Part shown: positions 10,058 through 19,666 of the stretch, piece after piece
Numbering within the stretch: position 1 is the stretch's first letter
Layout of the letters: the number at the start of each line of letters is the position of its first letter
DNA from: Candidatus Dojkabacteria bacterium
GTDB taxonomy: Bacteria; Patescibacteriota; Dojkabacteria; B142; WJKM01
Direction of reading: 5' to 3'
Assembly (NCBI GenBank): GCA_014729085.1
Contig: WJKM01000016.1
Coordinates: 36,598 to 100,597, forward strand
Length of the DNA stretch: 64,000 nt
Notes under the pieces: model-generated
Told to the model about the DNA's origin: nothing
Databases searched by the model: none
The model's input: the letters and a program-made list of their open reading frames with translations, nothing else
Translations under genes and position numbers: made by a program

Positions 10058-10960
10058 TTAGTTTATTGTATCGCTATATACTGGTAAAAAATCAAATGTA
10101 TTAGTGAAAGTTTGATTTCCTTTGAAAATTTCGTTAATTTGTTCAGTATGCCAAATGAGAGTTTTTTCATATTGCCTCCATTCTTCCTTGCAATAAGTTA
10201 AGTTCGATTTATCGGCTTTACTTTCTAGCCGAAAAGCACAGTATTTATTCTGTTCAAAGTCTAAAGATTCAACAGTAAAAGGAAAAATAACTACATTACT
10301 ATCCTCAACAATATCAAAATTTACACTATTAATATCCGAATCCAAAGTCGCTATACAATATATGTTTTCTACCTGACCAAATTGGTCACGAGCATTTTTA
10401 TAGTTGTCTCTAAGCTGTAAACTGAAAATTTCATTTTTGCCTTCGAGAATAAAATATGTACGATGGAGGTACTCTCTGAGAATTAAAATAAATTTATAGC
10501 TGGATTTAATTTGATAATTTTTATCTAACAAACTAAGTTTACTTACTGAAAACTGCAGAATATCAGGTGGGAGTTTGAAAGAAAAGAAACCATCGGGGTT
10601 TGTTTCTGCTGTTAATAGGTTGTTACCAATTTCCAATTCAACAACGGAATTCGGAATAGACGTTCCTTCAAGATATTCGCGGTTTATATTGTCAAAAAAA
10701 ATGTATTGATTGGTTTGAATACCTGAGGATATTGATATTTGTTTTTCGTTCAGAGGTTCGTCTGCTTCGAAAAGAATGCGAGGTTTTTCTTCTTCGTCCT
10801 GGATTCCTAAAATTTTATTCTGATTATTGGTATCATTGGGTTTGCGAAACAGAACAAATTCAATAAATGCAAAATAAATTAGAAGTACAATTACAAATGA
10901 AATGATGATTGTAGCTAGATTTTCTGCTATTTTCTTGTTTTTTGGTTTGGAGTCCTCCAT
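10058..10960 (-). CDS. hypothetical membrane-anchored protein, possible Ig-like domain
   Basis: N-terminal TM; LEGTSIPNSVVEL...NPDGFFSF. Confidence 0.65.
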   Translation of the reverse strand: MEDSKPKNKKIAENLATIIISFVIVLLIYFAFIEFVLFRKPNDTNNQNKILGIQDEEEKPRILFEADEPLNEKQISISSGIQTNQYIFFDNINREYLEGTSIPNSVVELEIGNNLLTAETNPDGFFSFKLPPDILQFSVSKLSLLDKNYQIKSSYKFILILREYLHRTYFILEGKNEIFSLQLRDNYKNARDQFGQVENIYCIATLDSDINSVNFDIVEDSNVVIFPFTVESLDFEQNKYCAFRLESKADKSNLTYCKEEWRQYEKTLIWHTEQINEIFKGNQTFTNTFDFLPVYSDTIN

Positions 10961-10967
10961 TATATTT

Positions 10968-11477
10968 CTAACTGATTATTTCATAAAGTAATACTGCACA
11001 AGAGGTTGTAACATTAAGGCTGGCTCCCTTGCCATACATTGGAATATAAACAGCTTTTTCCAATTTGGAGAGAGTTGTTTTTACTATACCGTACGTTTCA
11101 TTCCCAATTACTATACATGTTTTGTTTGGATAATCTAAATTTCGGTAGTTTTGAGATTCATCAGTTAGTTCAAGGCCGATTATTTGATAACCTTTCCGTT
11201 TGAGTTTGTTTATTGGTTTTCCTGAATGTTTGGAGTATTCCCAGTGCACTGATTTTTCTTTATTTCTCGAAACTTTGCGAAGTCCTTTCCCAAAAGGAGG
11301 TTTTCTAGATATACCCGTTAAAATTATTTTTTGTACTTTAACGGCATCTGCGATTCGGAAAAGACTAGCTACATTTTTTGCATATTGTACATTTTCAGCA
11401 ATAATAACTATATTTTTATTATGTTTTGATGTTTTTTTCTTAAAACGTTTTATTTCAGTTTTTGTAAGTTGTTTCAT
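10968..11477 (-). CDS. TrmH/SpoU-family RNA methyltransferase
   Basis: NVASLFR, IGNETYG, IPMYG..SLNV. Confidence 0.9.
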   Translation of the reverse strand: MKQLTKTEIKRFKKKTSKHNKNIVIIAENVQYAKNVASLFRIADAVKVQKIILTGISRKPPFGKGLRKVSRNKEKSVHWEYSKHSGKPINKLKRKGYQIIGLELTDESQNYRNLDYPNKTCIVIGNETYGIVKTTLSKLEKAVYIPMYGKGASLNVTTSCAVLLYEIIS

Positions 11478-11578
11478 ATAAGTGAAAAAAGTGAGAAAAA
11501 CTATAAATTATCTTAACACAATGAACTTGATCTATTATATTATATTGGTACCAAGAAATTAATTATAAATTTATATTA

Positions 11579-13135
11579 ATGGGTTTTATTGCTACTCCGA
11601 AAACCTTAATACTATTAATACTTGACGGATTAGGTATAGCTCCTCCAAGTAGTGGAAATGCCATTGTTCAAGCAAGAACACCAAATTTAGATATGATTTT
11701 TACTAAATATCCTTATACTGAACTGAAAGCTTCTGGCAAAGCGGTGGGCTTAGATGAAGGTATTCCAGGAAATGGGAAGGTGGGACATATTACAATTGGA
11801 GCTGGGAAAGTAATACGACCAATTGAAGAAAGAATTAAGAATTCAATTGATTCAGGAACATTTTATAAAAACAAGTATTTGATTAATGCTTTTGAAAATG
11901 CTGATGAAAATTCATCAAATGTCCATATTATTACCTACATTGGTGATAATAATATGTATTCTTCTTTAGAGCATTTGGAAGCTTTGCTTAAGCTAGCTCA
12001 AAAACAAAATTTTAATGGAAATAGAATTTTTATACATGCCATATTAGAGGAGAGTAAAGAAGAAATTGAGAGAAATATTCAAAGTCTCCAGGAATTAGAT
12101 AAAATAACTAGCAAATTGCATATAGGTCATCTCAGTACAATTATAGGTAGATCTTTTGCGATGGATGAAGAGGAGGATTTTGGAAATAATCTTAAGGCAT
12201 ACAATTTGTATACTCAAGGAGTGGGGGAGAAAGTAGAGAATTGGAGAGAACTTGTAAAAATTTATAAACAAAAAAAAGAAACTGCCGAAAAATCCCAAAT
12301 CGGTCCATATTTAATTGAAAATTATGATGATATATTCCCAACCATTTCCAGGAATGATTCATTAATATTTTTAAATCATAGGGCTGAAGGTCTAGATAAA
12401 TTAGCGAAATTATTTTTAGATAAAGAATTAGAGAAACCTAAGAGAGTACTTATAAAAAAATTATTTGCAGTCAGCTTGGTAGATTATAAGTGTGATTGCC
12501 TTCCTAATATAGCCTTTCCAAATGAAAATATTATTTCTAATTTGTTCAAACAGGTTTCGGATAGACGTCTTCCTCAGCTGAAAATAGCAGAAAGTGAACG
12601 TTTTATACATATCACTCAATATCTGAATGGAAATAATAATGAGATATATCCAGGAGAAGATAGGATAGAAATCAAATCCAAGAGAAATAAGAAAGACTAT
12701 AAAAATGAATACAAGTTTTATGTAGATAAACTTGAATCGGTATTAGAAAAAAAAATAGATAAAGATTATTACAACCTAATTACTGTTAATATTGCAAATA
12801 TTGACTTAGCTGCTCATACCGGGGATTTTAATAATTGTGTAAAAGCTGTAGAGTATATAGATGAGATTACTGGGAAAATAGTAAATAAAGTACTTGAAAA
12901 GAATTATGCTTTATTAATTTCATCGAGCCATGGCAATGCAGAGCAACTTGTTGAAACCGACGGCGATATAAATACAAGACATACTAATAACCCTGTTCCT
13001 TTTGTATACATTCGAAAGTTTATTGAATCTAAAAAATTGGATATTGGAACACTTGCTGATATTGCTCCAACTGTTCTTGCAATAATGGGTCTTGAAAAAC
13101 CTGCAGAAATGTTTGGTAAGAATTTATTAAAATAG
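11579..13135 (+). CDS. gpmI: 2,3-BPG-independent phosphoglycerate mutase homolog with degenerate active site
   Basis: ILDGLG, DLAAHTG, HGNAE, HTNNPVPF, LADIAPT; catalytic NSEVGH reads NGKVGH. Confidence 0.8.
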   Translation: MGFIATPKTLILLILDGLGIAPPSSGNAIVQARTPNLDMIFTKYPYTELKASGKAVGLDEGIPGNGKVGHITIGAGKVIRPIEERIKNSIDSGTFYKNKYLINAFENADENSSNVHIITYIGDNNMYSSLEHLEALLKLAQKQNFNGNRIFIHAILEESKEEIERNIQSLQELDKITSKLHIGHLSTIIGRSFAMDEEEDFGNNLKAYNLYTQGVGEKVENWRELVKIYKQKKETAEKSQIGPYLIENYDDIFPTISRNDSLIFLNHRAEGLDKLAKLFLDKELEKPKRVLIKKLFAVSLVDYKCDCLPNIAFPNENIISNLFKQVSDRRLPQLKIAESERFIHITQYLNGNNNEIYPGEDRIEIKSKRNKKDYKNEYKFYVDKLESVLEKKIDKDYYNLITVNIANIDLAAHTGDFNNCVKAVEYIDEITGKIVNKVLEKNYALLISSSHGNAEQLVETDGDINTRHTNNPVPFVYIRKFIESKKLDIGTLADIAPTVLAIMGLEKPAEMFGKNLLK

Positions 13136-13193
13136 AAATTTTCTTGAAAAATTTGAAGAATCAGATTATTCTATTATTAATAATTCTTATTTA

Positions 13194-13823
13194 TTGTGTA
13201 TGAAACTTATTACGAAAATCCTGAATCTTTTATCCAACTCTGTTTTAGTCTTGATTCTCTTTGGAATAGTCACTGTTCCCGCAGTCACTTTATATGCATT
13301 ATCCCCCAGATCTTACGAGTCGGTTGTAAGGGAAGAACAAGAAAAAGTATTGGGAATGAGTGATTCAAAAACAAATGAGGCTGAGCAGGTCAACTTTGAA
13401 GAAACATATAACCACTTAGATTATCCTGAAGATAATGATGTTTTTTATGCTGACATTGCTCCGGAGATAAAAGGTGTTTTAATTAGAGGTTTTAAAGGAA
13501 AACAGGGGTATTTGGGAAAGGTTGAGGTGTCTAAACTTGGGTACCAAGAAATAGATTTTGATTTGGTAAGAATTGTGAATAATCAATATAAAGGGCAAAA
13601 TTTCATACTGGTTTTGAAAATAAATCCAAGGTATAAAGATTTTTTGAACATTAAATCTATATCCAATGACTTGGCTGTTAATACCCAATTTAATGATGAT
13701 GGTGTTGCAGTTACCGAATTTTTTATTCAGCCTCTTACTCCAATGAATTTGGGTTTGGAAATTCAAAGCGGAAAAATTTTAGATAATTTGGAAATTGAAA
13801 TAGAGGTGAGAGAGGTAGTCTGA
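13194..13823 (+). CDS. hypothetical membrane-anchored protein
   Basis: N-terminal TM followed by KVLG motif. Confidence 0.6.
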   Translation: MCMKLITKILNLLSNSVLVLILFGIVTVPAVTLYALSPRSYESVVREEQEKVLGMSDSKTNEAEQVNFEETYNHLDYPEDNDVFYADIAPEIKGVLIRGFKGKQGYLGKVEVSKLGYQEIDFDLVRIVNNQYKGQNFILVLKINPRYKDFLNIKSISNDLAVNTQFNDDGVAVTEFFIQPLTPMNLGLEIQSGKILDNLEIEIEVREVV

Positions 13824-13835
13824 TGCATATGCTTT

Positions 13836-14543
13836 TCAAGTACTTAATCTAAGAATAGGAAATTCTTTGCTGAGATAACAAAAGGGGTATTGAGTCCTTT
13901 GGCGAGCAATATGAGGAGGAAGACTATCAACTTCGAGTCTCCTAACAAGTGGATGAGTTGCAAATCTTTCCGCTAACATGTCTCTTCTCTTGGTTGGTTC
14001 CATAATTTCCAGTGTGGCTCCGGGCCTCATTACTCTTAAAGCATTCCCAATTATATTTACATGTATTCCCATATCAGTAGTAGTAGGTATAAATTGAAAA
14101 TCCGGTTTTCCCCTTAATTCGCCGGCTAATGTACTCATTTGAATCGTGTGTACTGGTAAACTTTGTTCGGGCATCTGAGTAAAGATTACAGAGGCATCTC
14201 CTGCGATTATAGATGCGGATTTTCCAGGTGGAAAGGATATGGGTTGTATCATATAAGGGTAATCAAGTGTAGCATGGTCCATAACATCTCTTAGTGTATG
14301 AGTTAGTATTAGATGAGTATCTACTCCGTTATTTAAGCTATAGCAAGCATTATGTAATCCACCTCCAATATCTAAAGTCGCCTGTCCCCCATTAACTCCA
14401 GATAGCCACTGTTCAGGGGTAAGTGCAACTGGCCAGCCTGCATGTTTAAGTTGTTCATGAGCTTTTTGTTCATAGTCTTGTTTAAGTAAGGCTGTAAACC
14501 GGTCTTCGGTTTCTTGACCAATACGCTGAGATACAGATTCCAT
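13836..14543 (-). CDS. hypothetical protein, possible class I methyltransferase-like fold
   Basis: LDIGGG, IAGDA and ALRVMRPGATL resemble SAM-methyltransferase motifs. Confidence 0.5.
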   Translation of the reverse strand: MESVSQRIGQETEDRFTALLKQDYEQKAHEQLKHAGWPVALTPEQWLSGVNGGQATLDIGGGLHNACYSLNNGVDTHLILTHTLRDVMDHATLDYPYMIQPISFPPGKSASIIAGDASVIFTQMPEQSLPVHTIQMSTLAGELRGKPDFQFIPTTTDMGIHVNIIGNALRVMRPGATLEIMEPTKRRDMLAERFATHPLVRRLEVDSLPPHIARQRTQYPFCYLSKEFPILRLST

Positions 14544-14729
14544 ACTAAAGTCTATAATATAATTATCCTATATAAATAAATTATATCATCTACATGAGGG
14601 TTTTGGAAATTCACACTACTATTTAATAATCTCAACACAGTATATATTTAATATTGTGAGAGAAGACAATTATAATCTACAACATAAAATATTGTCCATA
14701 ACTTCGAGTATAAAATTTGGATGGTGAAT

Positions 14730-16640
14730 TTAATCAATTTTAAGAGCTCCCATAAACGCCTCCTTAGGGATCTCGACATTACCAAATGTTTTTAAACGTT
14801 TTTTTCCTTTCTTTTGTTTCTCAAGTAATTTTTTCTTTCTGGTAACATCTCCTCCATAAAGTTTGGCTGTTACATCTTTTCTAAATGCGGGTATTGTTTC
14901 CCGGGCAATGACTTTCCCTCCGATTGCAGCCTGCAGTGCGACTTTAAATTGTTGTCTTGGAATAAGTTCTTTTAATTTTTCGACCATGGCTCTTCCTCTT
15001 GTCTCTGCATTTTCTCTATGAGTAAGGAATGAGAGTCCTTCTGCTGTTTCATAATTAACAAGTATTTTTACTTTAATTATGTCTGATTCACGGTATTCAA
15101 TGAATTCATAATCCATGGAAGCGTAACCTTGGCTTATTGATTTTAAATTATCAAAGAATGTGGTGATTATTTCTGCCGTTGGAATTTCGTATTTAAGTAG
15201 GACATGCTTTCTTTTACCCATAATCTCTGATGTAGAAAGATACTCCATTTTTTTGTAAACTCCCCTATGAGCCTGTGCAAGTTCCATTAGTCCACCAATG
15301 TAGTCTTCGGGTGTTAGAATCTCAAGACTAACCCAGGGTTCTTCTACTTTTTCGATAAGTGTTTGGTCTGGAAATTCTCCAGCACTTCGAATGTCAAAAG
15401 AACCATCGTTATTCTTATGGGCAACATTTAGATTAGGCACTTTGGACATGTCCTCTGTGGTAAGCCAAACGCGGTAGTCAACGGTTGGAGAGGTGGAAAT
15501 AAGATTCAAGTCAAATTCTCTATCGAGTCTTTCTGTGGTAATTTCTAGATGTAGGAGACCTAAAAAGCCGCAGTTGTAGCCAGATCCCAGAGCAACTGAG
15601 TTTTCTCTGTTGTATGTTAGAGCTGCATCGTTTAGGGCTAATTTTTCAAGAGCTTCTGAGAATTCTTTGAAATCATCTGCATCAACTGGAAACAATGTCG
15701 CATAAACCATTGGTTTTGGTGATTGGTACCCAGGCAGAGGTTCGATATTTTTCTCTTTGTATTCATAAGTCGTAAGAGTATCACCGACATGTAGAAGTTT
15801 AATATTTTTAAGACCTGTTGCAATATAGCCTACTTCACCTTTTTTTAAGTTTTCCTGTTTTACGAGTTTTGGCGTAATATAACCAATTTCAATAGGCTCA
15901 ACTTCTGTTTGATTGTTTATGCTAATCAATTTTTGGTTTTTTCGTATTTCCCCGTCTACAAGTTTTACAAGTACAACAACGCCTTTATGTTCATTGTAAA
16001 ATGAATCGTAAATTAGCAGACGTGGTTCTTCTTCAATTTTTTCAGTATTAATTTCTGGTGAGGGGCATCTTTCAATAATTGCATTAAGAAGATTTTCAAC
16101 TCCTTCTCCTGTTTTGCCAGATGTTAAGATTATGTCATTTTCATTGAATCCAAAAGTATCTATCAATTCCATTTTCGCCGAATCAACTTCCGCTGAAGGC
16201 AGGTCAATTTTATTGACTACTGGTATTATTTCGAGATCATATTCCAAGGCTTTGTAAACTGTAGAGAAAGTTTGAGCTTGAATACCTTGGGTTGCATCTA
16301 CAAGAAGTATTGCACCTTCACTTGCTGCTAAAGATCTGGATACTTCATAAGAAAAATCTACATGGCCAGGAGTATCAATCAGGTTTAATATATACTTTTT
16401 TTCTGAGTTGTATTTTTCTTTGTTTCCAGTATACTCAAATTTCATCCGAGCAGTTTGTAGTTTGATTGTAATACCTCTTTCTTGTTCCAGTTCCAATGTG
16501 TCTAATACTCTATCCTTCATATTTCGTTTTTCTACGGCTCCTGTAGCTTCTAATAGTCTGTCTGCAAGAGTAGATTTACCATGATCAATATGGGCAATAA
16601 TTGAGAAATTTCTTATTTTTTTTAAGTATTTAGTATTCAT
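14730..16640 (-). CDS. lepA: translation elongation factor 4
   Basis: IAHIDHGKSTLADR, DTPGHVDF, GFLGLLH, KLYGGDVTRKKKLLEKQK. Confidence 0.98.
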   Translation of the reverse strand: MNTKYLKKIRNFSIIAHIDHGKSTLADRLLEATGAVEKRNMKDRVLDTLELEQERGITIKLQTARMKFEYTGNKEKYNSEKKYILNLIDTPGHVDFSYEVSRSLAASEGAILLVDATQGIQAQTFSTVYKALEYDLEIIPVVNKIDLPSAEVDSAKMELIDTFGFNENDIILTSGKTGEGVENLLNAIIERCPSPEINTEKIEEEPRLLIYDSFYNEHKGVVVLVKLVDGEIRKNQKLISINNQTEVEPIEIGYITPKLVKQENLKKGEVGYIATGLKNIKLLHVGDTLTTYEYKEKNIEPLPGYQSPKPMVYATLFPVDADDFKEFSEALEKLALNDAALTYNRENSVALGSGYNCGFLGLLHLEITTERLDREFDLNLISTSPTVDYRVWLTTEDMSKVPNLNVAHKNNDGSFDIRSAGEFPDQTLIEKVEEPWVSLEILTPEDYIGGLMELAQAHRGVYKKMEYLSTSEIMGKRKHVLLKYEIPTAEIITTFFDNLKSISQGYASMDYEFIEYRESDIIKVKILVNYETAEGLSFLTHRENAETRGRAMVEKLKELIPRQQFKVALQAAIGGKVIARETIPAFRKDVTAKLYGGDVTRKKKLLEKQKKGKKRLKTFGNVEIPKEAFMGALKID

Positions 16641-16835
16641 TTCGTATTAACTGATTTTTTTACAAATTTATGTATAGAATAATTTTAATTCAACTAAAAC
16701 AAAAAAATTTTCTATGGTACTATAAGAAGGATTAGGAAAATTTATTAATATTAATTATTCTAATAGTATTATACATGATGCACTAAATGTAAAAATTGTA
16801 TAAAATAAAATTTGTTTATTTTTTAAGAATATCAA

Positions 16836-17222
16836 ATGGTTGAAACTAAGAAAATCTTGAAAATAATACTTATTGAAGAGGAACGAGAGGCTAGGGATGT
16901 GTATGGACAGATATTGAAAGATGCTGGATTCAAATACGATGAAGCTTCAGATGGAGGTGAAGCTGAAGAGAAATTAAAACAGAAAAAATATGATATTGTG
17001 ATTTTAGATGTTTTCCTTCCGATGAAAGATGGTTTAGAGGTTTTACAGGATATGAAGAAAGAACCAGATAAGTTTGGAACCCCAAGAGTAATTTTATTAA
17101 CAAATGTAGAAGGGGATTTTTTTAAAAAACGAGCTTTTGAATTAGGTGCAGATATGTATTTACTTAAAAGCCTTACAGAGCCGGAAGATTTGATAGAAGC
17201 AATAAATAGCTTAAAGAATTAA
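16836..17222 (+). CDS. single-domain (CheY-like) response regulator
   Basis: ILDVFLPMKDG, LLTN, YLLKS. Confidence 0.9.
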   Translation: MVETKKILKIILIEEEREARDVYGQILKDAGFKYDEASDGGEAEEKLKQKKYDIVILDVFLPMKDGLEVLQDMKKEPDKFGTPRVILLTNVEGDFFKKRAFELGADMYLLKSLTEPEDLIEAINSLKN

Positions 17223-17373
17223 TATATATTGAATATATTAAACACTTGTGCTAAATTATAGTAAGTTGTTTTTATAGGACTGATCTTGTAAAAAAAATAT
17301 TTGCATGATATGCTAAATCTAAAGGTAATAAAAAATGCGAGAAGGCCTATATATAATATATTAATCTTATATA

Positions 17374-17760
17374 ATGGGTGAGAATCAAAATTTAAAAATT
17401 CTTCTGGTAGAGGATGAACAGGATGCAAGAGAAATATATGCTGATATATTGGTTAATGGTGGTTTTGATGTAGATACTGCAGTAGATGGACAACAGGCAG
17501 AGGAAGAAATGAGTCAAAAAAAGTATGATATAATCCTTCTCGACATAATTACTCCACGTAAAGACGGAATACAAACTTTAGAGGAAATAAAAAGCAATCC
17601 TCAAAAGTATGGAACACCCAAAGTTGTAATGCTTTCCAATATTGCAGGAGATATTGCAATAGATAAGGCTATGGAACTTGGTGCAGATGGATATATGCTG
17701 AAAGCAGATGTGGATCCAGAGCAGTTGGTTGCGATGGTCAAGAAGTTTTTTGAAAAATAA
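17374..17760 (+). CDS. single-domain (CheY-like) response regulator
   Basis: VEDE, LLDIITPRKDG, MLSN, YMLKA; paralog of the preceding gene. Confidence 0.92.
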   Translation: MGENQNLKILLVEDEQDAREIYADILVNGGFDVDTAVDGQQAEEEMSQKKYDIILLDIITPRKDGIQTLEEIKSNPQKYGTPKVVMLSNIAGDIAIDKAMELGADGYMLKADVDPEQLVAMVKKFFEK

Positions 17761-17848
17761 ATCTATCTTTTTATTATAACTTTCCAGATTCTTTTATGTT
17801 TATTTTTCGACAAGTTATTAGTTTTATGAATTTTATTACAAACTTATT

Positions 17849-18664
17849 TTAATAGATAAGATTGGTAATTTTAGATTTAAGAGCTTCGATATCATTAGTT
17901 ATTTCCTCAAAAATTTGTGCATTCCTAATTGTAATTGCAAGTTGATCTGTAAGTAAGGATAGAACTTTTTGTTCTTCTTGAGAGAATTCTTCTCTTATTC
18001 GTTTTGCAAAAAATGTGGCTCCAATTACTTTACAGTTATATTTCATAGGTAAGACAATACCGGCTTTAAAGCCTAGTATCTTAACAACACCTGAGGCAAC
18101 GTTTATTGGTAATACCCCTTTAATAATGTCTGTAAAATCAAAACTTTGGAAATTTTTTTGTTGAGTTATAGCTTTTACTACAAAATTTTCTTTATCTGTA
18201 CTAAGAGTGGCATATAATTCAGTAACTTTTTGGGGGAAAAGTTCCAAAACTTTTGGCATGCCTGGCATATTAGAAACAGTTTTACTATATACCTTGTCTG
18301 GATTATTTTGATCAATTAGAAAAATTATACCTCCATTATAATTAGGATACATATCAAACATTATATCTACAGCTGTTTGAAGCGTAGTATTTAAATCTAA
18401 ACATTTTGACACTCTGTTGATTGCAGATATTAGTTCCTCTGGAGTCAGAATATTAAGACCTAAAAGGTTAGCGATTTGAGAGGGTTTAAGTTTAAGAGCT
18501 TTAGCAATCTTTCCCAAGGTTCTTCTTGTAGGATTAATTTTCCCTGTTTCTATTCTACTTATACTTCCTGGTGATGCATTTATCTCTAATTCAAGCTCAA
18601 ATTGGGATAATTTTGCTTTATTACGATATTGCTTTATCTTTTTTCCAAGTTTATGTTTTTTCAT
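17849..18664 (-). CDS. XRE-HTH plus GAF-domain transcriptional regulator (copy 1)
   Basis: LSQFELE...SPGSISRIETGKINPT; GAF end GIVLPM...VIGATFF...QLAITIRNA. Confidence 0.88.
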   Translation of the reverse strand: MKKHKLGKKIKQYRNKAKLSQFELELEINASPGSISRIETGKINPTRRTLGKIAKALKLKPSQIANLLGLNILTPEELISAINRVSKCLDLNTTLQTAVDIMFDMYPNYNGGIIFLIDQNNPDKVYSKTVSNMPGMPKVLELFPQKVTELYATLSTDKENFVVKAITQQKNFQSFDFTDIIKGVLPINVASGVVKILGFKAGIVLPMKYNCKVIGATFFAKRIREEFSQEEQKVLSLLTDQLAITIRNAQIFEEITNDIEALKSKITNLIY

Positions 18665-18724
18665 CTGATTAATCTAAGAATTAAGAGTTCATATTTTGCT
18701 TATAGCATATTTTGGAAAACTGAA

Positions 18725-18781
18725 CATTGTATTGGAATACAATGCGAAAGAATTATACTATAAGGTTTATGATTGTTTCAA
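18725..18781 (-). promoter_or_regulatory. promoter with palindromic operator over the start site
   Basis: Minus strand TTGAAA-N18-TATAAT (18781-18752); perfect inverted repeat CATTGTATT-GG-AATACAATG at 18725-18744. Confidence 0.7.
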
Positions 18782-18864
18782 AATCGAGCTAATATATACT
18801 TAGTTTTTGAGGGGGTATATAACGAAATAGAATTAATAAGAAGTTTATAATATAGGCTGAGTTT

Positions 18865-18965
18865 TTACTCTTCCCTTAGTGATATATATTCTACTCAAGT
18901 GTCTAGTATATTCTAATTATGAGAAGATTTATATTTACTTTTACTTAAAGAAGTTTACGCCTTTT
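18865..18965 (-). pseudogene. relic copy of the 3' end of the polyprenyl synthetase gene
   Basis: 18915-18956 is identical (42 nt) to 20701-20742; flanks align at offset 1786; Trp codon changed to TAG. Confidence 0.85.
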
Positions 18966-19644
18966 TATAGATAAGTGCTTTTTGAATTGATATTGATATT
19001 TGTTTTGTAACTAATTGTAATACCTTTTTTTCAGAAGAAAAGTCATCTTTGATTTTTTTGACATAAACTATTGCCCCGAAAGGTTTCTTGCCCGTAGCCA
19101 ATGGATATATGATATTACTTTGATCTCCTGATACTTCCTGTATTTTATCTGCGACTTTACGTGAAAATGCGGGCATTCTATATTCTCTAGTAAAATAGGT
19201 TACATAAACCCGATTTTCATTAATTGATTTTACAGTCAAATTGTTTAAATCTTTTTCAAGGGAAAGTTCAAACTTATCCAATGGCTCTTCTAGACATGCA
19301 AGTACTTTTTCCCCAATATTGCTATTTGTAAAAGCTGCAACTTTAACTATGTTGTTTTCAACTAAAAATAATGCAGAGGCAAGGTATCCCAATCGAAAGA
19401 TTAATTCATTGACTACGTTATTAAGTATAAACTTAAGGTCATTTGATAAGATGAGTTTTGTTGTAATCTTAAAGATCGATGTTAAATCCTTTAGATCGAC
19501 TCCAAAAAGCGAGGCTATATCGTAAGTGTCTAATTTTAAGGCCCTAGCTATGTTTATAATGGTTTCTTTAGTAGGATTTACTTTTCCATTCTCAATCCTG
19601 CTAATACTACCTGGAGAAGCCCCTATTTCCAGTTCGAGTTCCAT
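18955..19644 (-). CDS. XRE-HTH plus GAF-domain regulator (copy 2; start uncertain)
   Basis: ASPGSISRIENGKVNPTKET; frame stays open upstream (KITRINNRLNNGLSQ) without ATG. Confidence 0.82.
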   Translation of the reverse strand: MELELEIGASPGSISRIENGKVNPTKETIINIARALKLDTYDIASLFGVDLKDLTSIFKITTKLILSNDLKFILNNVVNELIFRLGYLASALFLVENNIVKVAAFTNSNIGEKVLACLEEPLDKFELSLEKDLNNLTVKSINENRVYVTYFTREYRMPAFSRKVADKIQEVSGDQSNIIYPLATGKKPFGAIVYVKKIKDDFSSEKKVLQLVTKQISISIQKALIYKKA

Positions 19645-19666
19645 TTGGCTTAAGCCGTTGTTGAGT

